Origin: Octopus sinensis
Taxonomy: Eukaryota
Direction: 5' to 3'
DNA length: 64,000 nt
Assembly (NCBI RefSeq): GCF_006345805.1
Contig: NC_043007.1
Location: forward strand, 50,530,001-50,594,000
Below, piece by piece: positions 55,241 through 64,000 of this stretch. The notes beneath the pieces were generated by a model. The model was not told where the DNA came from. It saw only the letters and a program-made list of their open reading frames with translations, and made no database searches. The translations under genes were made by a program, and so were the position numbers. Within the stretch, counting starts at the first letter, position 1, and each line of letters starts with the position of its first letter.

Positions 55241-56660
55241 TATATATATATACATATACATACATGAATGTAGGTATGTATACTAAAAGGAGGAGAAAGA
55301 ACACCTGGTTTACTAACGAGTGAAACAAAGAAAGAAACGAAACAAACAAACCGCATCCTCCTCGTCCTCTCTCTCTTGCTCCTTCTCTTACCCAAGCTAC
55401 AATCTGAAAAAACAAAAACAACAAACAAACATAATAAACAAAGTAAATCGCAAATCTAACAGAAAAGAAAGAATTATTAGGAGAGGAACACAAAATTGAT
55501 ATGTAAAACATAAGCAAAAGAATGTTTATTTAATTTTACTTCCCCCCTCCTTATACTAGTGTCATTCACCACCAGCATCACCCACAATACCCTACGTCTA
55601 CCACCAACAATACCACAGACACCGTCACTACCGTCATCAATGCCATTCACCGTGATTAACACTCTCTCCGCTGTACGCCATCGTCATTACGAGTGGCAAA
55701 ACCAGTACTACCGTTGTTGCCCCACCACCACCGCCGCCATTTCCAACACCACCACCATTACTAAGAGGAAGAACAACAACATCATCATCATTACTTCAGC
55801 TTTCACCATAGTTCTTCGGAACCACAAGTTTCATCACCACCATCATCATCATCATCATCACCACCACCACTAACACCACCATTGTCGTCTTCGCAGTCGT
55901 GATCAAAGCCATCTACACCATAATTCATCACCACCACCACCATCACCACTACGACCATCATCACAATCTTCCTCCAACCCCATCTTCACAAACCTCCACT
56001 CCCACTACCATCACTACCGATTTCACACCCCCACCCAACCGTCGCTACTACCCCTACCACCACCATAGAAAAGAAGGAAGGAACGCCATACAACGAGGAA
56101 ATTACTGCGAAAATGAAATGTTTTCGGAACTAAAAATGTTCTCATATTATTAGTGGAGTTTAAAGACTCGAAGCCTAAGTGAAGTGGGACGAAAATTCTC
56201 TAAAAGAGACCTACTTCGTCATTTTAATGGCATGCTTACTGTATGTGTATGTCTGCGTGCTTGTGTGTGTATGTTTGCGTTCTGTAAGTGCGTAAGGGTG
56301 TGCATGTGTTTGACTGAGTGTGTATGCTGGTGTGTGACTGTGCGTAGGCATGTGTGTGCTTGTATTTGTGTGTGTGTATGCATGTGTGTCTATGTGTGTG
56401 TGTGTGCGTGTGTGTGCGTGTGCGTGTGTGAGCAAATCTAAAACGTGGCCATTTAGGAAATGTCGGCGTTTCCCAGGAGCTTTGAACACATAAATGTGAG
56501 GAAATAAAATGAACGATGGCTGCAGGTGGCCGAGAGGACTGGGTCTCGTCCCACAATCATTGTAGCCCAGGGCTCAGCGGTCCATATCCGTATATTGGCA
56601 TCTATAATGTATCCATAGCAGTGACATTTAACACGTAATCTCACAGCCAAATTAGCCACG

Positions 56661-56692
56661 TTTAATTTTTCTCTTTACTTTCACAGGTATGT
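56661..56692 (+). promoter_or_regulatory. Candidate recursive splice site (3' splice site immediately followed by a 5' splice site)
   Basis: tttaat (branch-like), ttttctctttacttt, cacAG|GTATGT. AG at 56685-56686, GT at 56687-56688. Confidence 0.4.
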
Positions 56693-56949
56693 TCAATCAG
56701 AAGATCCAAAACGAGGATATTCCAACGGCCATCGTTAATCTAGGACTACCTTATCTAATATATTCGAGTGCTACTCGGCTGCTATTTCTTGAAAGATGTT
56801 CTATGTTCTTTTTTCTTGCTCTATTACTGCCGTCAGTAATCAGATTGTAACCATGCCAGGGTGCTCTACTTCAAAGAAAACATTTACTATAGTTTACTCC
56901 GACGCAAGAAACCGAATAACTACTTGTTTCAGCCATTAGAAGAAGTTTT

Positions 56950-57310
56950 CGTGAAACAGATCTGCCCCAGTATTTATTTTTTAAAATCCGCTACTTCTTT
57001 TATCGGAGTCTTTTGCGGAACCACTATGTTACAGGGATATAAACATACCAACGCCGGTTGTCAAGCGGTGGTGAGGGACAAAACACAGACACAAAGATAC
57101 ACATAGACACACAAAGATAAACGCAGACAGAGAGACACGCACACACATGCACGAAAGACTTCTTCCAGAAGCAACCTACCAAATCCACTCAAAATGTCAA
57201 TTTGAGACCATAGGTGAAGACACTTGCCCAAGATGCCGCACAGTGAGACTGAACCCGGAACCATATGGTTGGAAAGCAAACTCCTTACCACGCAGCCACA
57301 GCTATGCCTG
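56950..57310 (-). mobile_element. SINE family B
   Basis: gacacttgcccaagatgccgcacagtgagactgaacccggaaccatatgg..cttaccacgcagccaca. Confidence 0.85.
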
Positions 57311-57348
<38 letters not shown>

Positions 57349-58307
57349 GGATAAAGATGGCACAGCAGAATATTTATTCCAATATTCGGACATTTTTTTC
57401 TGTGCCTATTGGGAGGTGATTGTGACGAAGGCGGGACATGTTGTTAGTTCCATAAATGTCATGACACTGCCATTAAACCGTAGAACTCTGTTCATATCTT
57501 TATGGAAACATGGAAAATGATTGAAAAACTAAGCAACGTAAAGATACCCAAATAAACCCCATTTAACCTTGAAACCAAATTAGTTTCGATGATAAATGAA
57601 CGAGTAAGTTAACTCTCAATTTGGAGCTGAACATGTTGGATATATTAGATTTATGACAGTCAAAAAGTAGCGTTCAAGAGAAAAAGGTCAGTGACGTATG
57701 CATTTCAATTATGAATTATGTGAACATGTGTGCGCATGCACACACACATACATATATGCATACTTACATACCATCACAAATATTTGTAGATGTAAATTTA
57801 TATGTTACTCCTGGAATTTGGTGGCTAAAGTTTCTCGGGATTTCCCGGAGCATCAGAAAAATATTTAAAAAAAATGTTTTCTGCTTATCATTAGGAAACC
57901 ATTCATCGCTTTGTTATTAAAGGTTTCAAAGTGAGAATATCAGAGATTACCAGATAATGACACAGATTATAATATAGATAATAAAGATAACAAAGGGATC
58001 TAATACTAATAAATAACCAAATTAATATAGATAATAATATACATAATATTGATAAATGAGTGACAATAAGAGAAATATCCAAAGTGTTCTATCTTTTATC
58101 AACAATATTATTAACCCTCAGTTTCGATAGCATATTTTTATAATTTAGGAGCAGAAAATAGCAACAATATACCTGACGCGCAAAATGGATAGCTATGAAG
58201 ACAACTTACCTAGATGTATCACGGGTTGTGGACTCTGTGGACGAATTAATTCTGAAGATATAAGTAGCTGTTTGAAAATATCATTTTAATATTTAACCAT
58301 GATATAA

Positions 58308-58500
58308 GGCGGTCACCTGGCAGAGTCTTTAGCATAACGGACAAAAGGCTTAGCAGCATTTCACCCATCTTTACGTTCTGATTCTAAATGCCAGTCAGAG
58401 GCGACCCTTTGAAAGTCAATAAATATCCACCAGTCGAGGACTGGTGCCGATGTAACCGACTTTCCTTCTCCCCTCATACTTCCTTAGCTTACGCCAATGT
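58308..58500 (+). mobile_element. SINE family A, degenerate
   Basis: ggcggtcacctggcagagtctttagcataacggacaaaaggcttagc..tttacgttctgattctaaatg. Confidence 0.65.
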
Positions 58501-58830
58501 TTAACCATTTAGCCAAAACATTGGACAATAAAATCCTTTGAAAGAAATCGTAAAAATAATACTATATGATCGTACATAGGCTCTCAAAAGATGGAGAAAT
58601 ACTCAGGAAATATTCCCGTCAAGATCTCTAAACAAATTTAGACATAACAAATCAAATTTTGATGATATGAGAGAGAGAACGGGAAGTGAGCACGGTTGTG
58701 AGGACCGGTGGTTCAGCAAAGCACATGTTGGGAGGTTGTTAAGCTGTTAATGGAAGAATAAAAGAAAGGAAAACCTCTATGCCAGACATGAAAAAAGTAC
58801 TAATTTTTTTCTCCACTTGGACTATATATA

Positions 58831-58882
<52 letters not shown>

Positions 58883-59020
58883 CGTGTAGTATAGCCCTTA
58901 ATATAAATAAATATATTTAAAGGGAATAATTATGAATTTTTTCTTTATGAGGTTTTTCACGCTGATTATTTGACAAAGTCTTACAAAGATTTTATCCTAT
59001 TCTTAAATGTATATATATAT

Positions 59021-59500
59021 ATATACATATAAAGCTGAAGTTGTGTGTGTGTGGTGTGTGTGTGTGTGTGGTGTGTGTGTGTGGTGTGTGTGTGTGTGTG
59101 GCAGGTTTGGTAGCCTTCAACTTACACTATCTCCTCCGAGACCCTGCGGTGCAAGTTGACCAAAATTGAGAGTATGACAGACGAAGGCTTGCTCCTCATT
59201 CCGTAGACGAAAAAATTCCTGTCGGACCATGTTAAGACCAAAAATTATTTACAAAAAGTTGCTTTTTTTCTATGAAAATCCATATTTTTTACGATTTTTT
59301 TACTGCTGTGTCGCCATTTTTCGGTGTATTTCAACCTGAAAAATGTTCACTTAAAGAGAATAACAAGCTACATAATGCAAAATTTTTACTTTTCAAAAAA
59401 GATAGAAGCTATGTCAAAACTTTGTTAACGCGACATCAAAGTCTGCCGTTTTAAGCGTAACTAGAAAACAAACCCGAACAACGCCGGGCTATACTGCTAG
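59021..59500 (+). mobile_element. Non-autonomous Helitron
   Basis: 5' tataaagctgaagttg followed by (GT)n. 3' hairpin cccg-aacaacgc-cggg (59473-59488), then terminal CTAG (59497-59500) followed by T. Inserted in (TA)n; the 5' TC is not resolved. Confidence 0.8.
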
Positions 59501-59501
59501 T

Positions 59502-59546
<45 letters not shown>

Positions 59547-60014
59547 GTGGTGCTCCAGCGTGGCCGCAGTCAAATTACTGAAACAAATAAAAGAATCAAA
59601 GAATATATATAAGGAAAATACATGTGTGTGTGTGTGTGCGTCTGTGTGTAATTTCCGGGGTGTTTTGCTAAGCAAATAACTGCCTCACCATCGATTATAA
59701 AAAATTGGCATCGACACGGCTAATTAAGATATAATAATTACAAGCCATTAATGGTCTAACAATGGAACTTTGACAAAACATTTCATATATTTTTACTTGT
59801 TGCCATGTACAGATTTGTAGAAGCAAAGACACGCAAACATATTTATATGTAAAAACATATATGAAACAAAACAGGAATCCACATACGCAATGGTATGTTT
59901 GCATGCAAATATACATGCATACACCTAGACAATCACATGCACATATATATAACTATCTATATGTAATTATATATACAATTATACATACATATATAAATAT
60001 TCTTAGAGAGAGAG

Positions 60015-60065
<51 letters not shown>

Positions 60066-60175
60066 AGTGCTTATATATGTATGTGTGCTTATATTAACGG
60101 AAGAAAAGATATTGGATTCCATAGTATTGTACAATAATTTATTTCTGTTGACCAACTTGTCTGTTATTCTGGACA

Positions 60176-60251
60176 TTCTCTGACGTCTAGCGGTTCCTGA
60201 ATAGAAAAATAGCAGTTTTTCTTTTCTGAGGAAACGGCTAGACGTCGAGAA
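60176..60251. other. Isolated imperfect hairpin of about 75 nt
   Basis: ttctc(t)gacgtctagc..ttcct..gaatagaaaaa-tagcag-tttttcttttc..aggaa..gctagacgtcgagaa. Confidence 0.65.
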
Positions 60252-60284
60252 ACTCAAAACTAACAAACGTCTAGATCAGAAAGT

Positions 60285-60356
<72 letters not shown>

Positions 60357-61034
60357 ATATATATATATTATATATATATATATGTGTGTGTGGTGTGTGT
60401 GTGTGTGGTGTGTGTGTGTGTGTGTATATATAATGTATGTATAATGTATATATGAAAAATGATGCATGAACGTAATTAGAGATACATAAGAACAACAACA
60501 CCAAGAAAAATGATGAAACAAATATTGAAATGGAATTCATCTGAAAACGTCTGCCAGCAGAGAGACGAGGTAATGTGCAATCGCAGAAGCAACTCTCGCT
60601 GCAATTATGATATAATGCATATATTAAAGTGTCACGTCTCAGTGCAATAGCAATGAATTAACATTTCTTAATTTCTTTTTTTACTTGTTCATTTCTCTAT
60701 AATTATATTTATCTATCAATTTGTCTATTTATTTCTATATTACTCGACATTCCATCGTAAGAATATACGCTTACTTAAAGCAGTCTGCAGTAATCAAGTT
60801 CCCCCCGCTTCACAAATTGTTATTTTTATTCACGAATCTGTTTAGTTATGTTCTACTTTTATATTTTTTCATCTTAGTGTTTTTCAAATTTTCTTTATTT
60901 TTTTGTTTGTATTTTCATATTTTAAATTGTTTTCGTTATCATTGCTAATGTTTTTGCTGTTTTTCAATTGAGGTGAAAACATAATATACAATGCATGTGT
61001 GTGTGTGTATGTGTGTGTGTGTGTGTGAGTGTGG

Positions 61035-61065
<31 letters not shown>

Positions 61066-62561
61066 GCATACATACACACATGTGCGAATATATGTGCATC
61101 TGTAATTTTTGTGATAGGTATATATATTTCATAGATATAACGAATAACGAAACTATTTCTTCGTGCATCAATTTAGCAAAGGGCTCATACTGATGTAGAT
61201 CCCGAGAGCCATCTACCACGTCACTCTACTACACTCAATTCAGAATTAATTTGTAACACTGGCGCGAGATTACAAATTTTTGGTTAACGCTCGGTTTATT
61301 AAACTGATCATGTGAATGATTGCTAAATTGGAATATGGCCTGATTTAAATATAAAACATAAAATAACGTGAGTAATCAATATAAAGTATTTAGTTCACAG
61401 AATTGTGACGTACTACCTTCTTAGTAGTTTTCTAACATATTTGCAACAGAACAATTTTGTGGGACAGTTAAATATACCAACATTAGTGAATGATTATTTC
61501 TTTATTGCTCACATGTACTACTCATGTACTAGACTAGTCAACTGATCAACTCAATTGGTTAATCTCTGTATTTAACTTGTCACCATCATCATTCATTCTA
61601 ATTCACTGGAACATATTGTAACAACCCTTAAGGAAAGAAATGTCACGTGAAACAGGGTAATTTTTTCCCACAAAATTGAAATAACATAAGAAACAAAGGT
61701 ATTTCCACACGGTTCAGTGATTAGGAACAGCTTATAACCCATAGCTTTTTGTTGTGGTTGAAAGACAGGTATGAAGGAAAGAGGACGGTATCTAAGGCCA
61801 GACTGCGCTTAAGTTACCCGAGCGACCAATTAAGTCAACCTAGCCTCTTCTCACCACAATGAATCAGAATCAGTCTCTTCAATGTCATACTCGCATTTTG
61901 CCTCTACCGATTTCCACTCACAAGGATTTGGTCAACACAAGATTACAGCAGAAGACACTTTCCCAAGGTACCGTGCAGTAAGATCAAACAATGATTGTGA
62001 AGTGAATTTCTGCGCCAAATTGGCCATCAATTAAAAACATTCTAACATTCTACCGTCCAAGTGTAACAAATAATATTCATAAAGAATTCGTGGAAACATT
62101 TTCATCTTTACAGCTTTCCCTATTTATTGCTATGTGTACTGTCTGTGTTTAGTTATAAAGATTTCCCACACATGTGCAAACTTCCGGCAACATGCAGCTA
62201 TATGTGCGTATTCTATTCTTTCATATTTGATAGTATATGTGTGTGTTTGTGTGTGGCTTGGTTGGCGGATAGGTTTACCTAGAAATGCAATCTATAGTGT
62301 TAATGCTAGTTTTATTAGCTCACATCATACCGGGTCACATTTGGTAATCATTTCGTCAAGTCATACAGAAAAACCAACGAAAAGGAATACTTTAAGACAA
62401 AAATAGAAATTTGGTAAAAAAAAACTGTTCCAACGTTTGGGATTGATTTCTGCAACATACCAACTTTGTGTGTGTATGTGCGTGCGTGTGTGTGTGTACA
62501 TACGTCTGTATGTACATATACATATACATGTATATATATATGTGTGTTTGTGTGTGTGTGC

Positions 62562-62643
<82 letters not shown>

Positions 62644-62779
62644 AACATATATCAACATACATATATGCATGTATATATGTATATATATATATAAGCATAT
62701 ATACTTACATATTCACATATGATTGTACATATGTTTTTGCACACACACACACACACGCACACACACACACAAGCACACA

Positions 62780-63150
62780 CATTAAGAAGCTTGCTTCCCA
62801 ATCACATGATTCTGGGTTCAGTCCTACTGCGTGATACCTTGTGCAACTGTTTTCTACTATAGCATCGGGCCGCACAGAGCTTTGTGAGTGGATTTGGTAG
62901 ACTGAAGCTGAAAGGCCATCGTATATATATATATAGATATATATATATCTGTGTTTGTGTTTGTCCCCCTACCATCGTTTAAGAATCGATGTTGGTGTGT
63001 TTACGTCCCTGTAACTTAGCGTTTCGGCAAAGACACCGATAGAATAAGTACTAGACTTACAAAGAATAGTTCCTGAGGTCGATTTGTTTGACTAAAGGCG
63101 GTACTCCAGTATGGCCGCAGTCAAATGGCTGAAACAAGTAAAAGAAAGAA
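62780..63150 (+). mobile_element. SINE family B
   Basis: aagaagcttgcttccc..gggttcagtcctactgcgtgataccttgtgcaa..gaaacaagtaaaag. Confidence 0.85.
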
Positions 63151-63708
63151 TATAAACACCATATGGATTTAATCACATGGATCTTAATCCTCCAAGGTAA
63201 TTTTTCCAAGAACTATCATTGAACTCGAGATACACAAAGACTTTACAATGTATCGGTGTACCTATTTTTTAATTTTTGTATATACTCTTTTACTTGTTTC
63301 AGTCATTTGACTGCGGCCATGCTGGAGCACCGCCTTTGTTTATTATTTTTTTGCAAAAAACAATGTAATTTTCTTTTTTCCCCCTCCTCAATTATAAAAA
63401 GATTTTCTTTTCACCTTACAATTCTTGAAAAGTCGCATTGCGACGAAAACCAGTTAGAGCCAATATTTAAAAAAAAAATTTCTTTATTTTCCATACACCC
63501 ATTTTCATTAAAATTTACCTTCAATTTAGCATTCTGCCTTTTTATATTTTTTCCTGGCCTATATTATATATATATATATTATATATATATGTATATATAT
63601 ATATATATATAATATATATATATATATATTATATATATATGTATATATATGTATGTATGTATGTATGTACATATGTATGTATGTCTGCATATATATATAT
63701 ATATTTAT

Positions 63709-63774
<66 letters not shown>

Positions 63775-63779
<5 letters not shown>

Positions 63780-64000
63780 TGGATGAAATATGACTACCAG
63801 TGAGTTAATTTGCCCCGAAGAGTGGAGAAAATACAATAACGTTTCGGATATTCATCACTTCACACCTCAGTCAGATTAATGAGAATTGCTTCCAACGCAA
63901 CGCAAAATAAGTATGTATATTTAGTAAAACAGTAAGAGTAGAAAGAATAATAGATTAAAGGTGAGCTGGAATATAAGGTTTGAATGTTATATGGAAGATT
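63775..64000 (-). mobile_element. Probable Penelope-type 3' terminal region abutting (TA)n, running off the window end
   Basis: Minus strand GTGATGA-atatcc-GAAAC-GTT at 63838-63858, about 60 nt before (TA)n, the same layout as the cassettes at 3.7 and 16.9 kb. Stems are degenerate. Confidence 0.4.

Noticed and set aside
55559-56153. Poly-His/Thr ORFs resembling transcription-factor low-complexity regions
   Set aside because: They derive from decayed (CAT/CAC)n trinucleotide tracts, with no splice signals or domain.

Overview
AT-rich, microsatellite-saturated animal genomic DNA with no confidently identifiable host protein-coding gene. It looks like intergenic DNA or part of a very large intron. 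The repeat content (tRNA-derived SINE families, abundant R4/Dong LINE relics, (TA)n/(CA)n/(TAA)n tracts) suggests a coleoid cephalopod such as Octopus; this is an inference. Almost all ORFs in the supplied track are translated microsatellites or transposon remnants. Recognisable elements are: a full-length but defective DD34D mariner with 37-bp TIRs nested in a Dong relic; DD37D (maT-type) and other Tc1/mariner relics; at least eight R4/Dong-type restriction-endonuclease LINE fragments, one young and bracketed by (AAT)n; a 5'-truncated Penelope-like element (RT + GIY-YIG) with a fold-back duplication; a non-autonomous Helitron; a 340-bp palindromic MITE-like element; CR1-like and RTE-like relics; and four SINE families. 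The most interesting observations are: (i) short (TA)n-embedded cassettes carrying minimal hammerhead-ribozyme-like motifs with a compensatory base-pair change between two copies; (ii) a textbook AG/GT recursive-splice-site-like motif next to a non-repetitive block at about 56.7 kb; (iii) apparent partitioning of microsatellite types as insertion niches among TE families; and (iv) several fold-back and locally templated duplications. Coordinates of degenerate repeats are approximate, typically within tens of bp.
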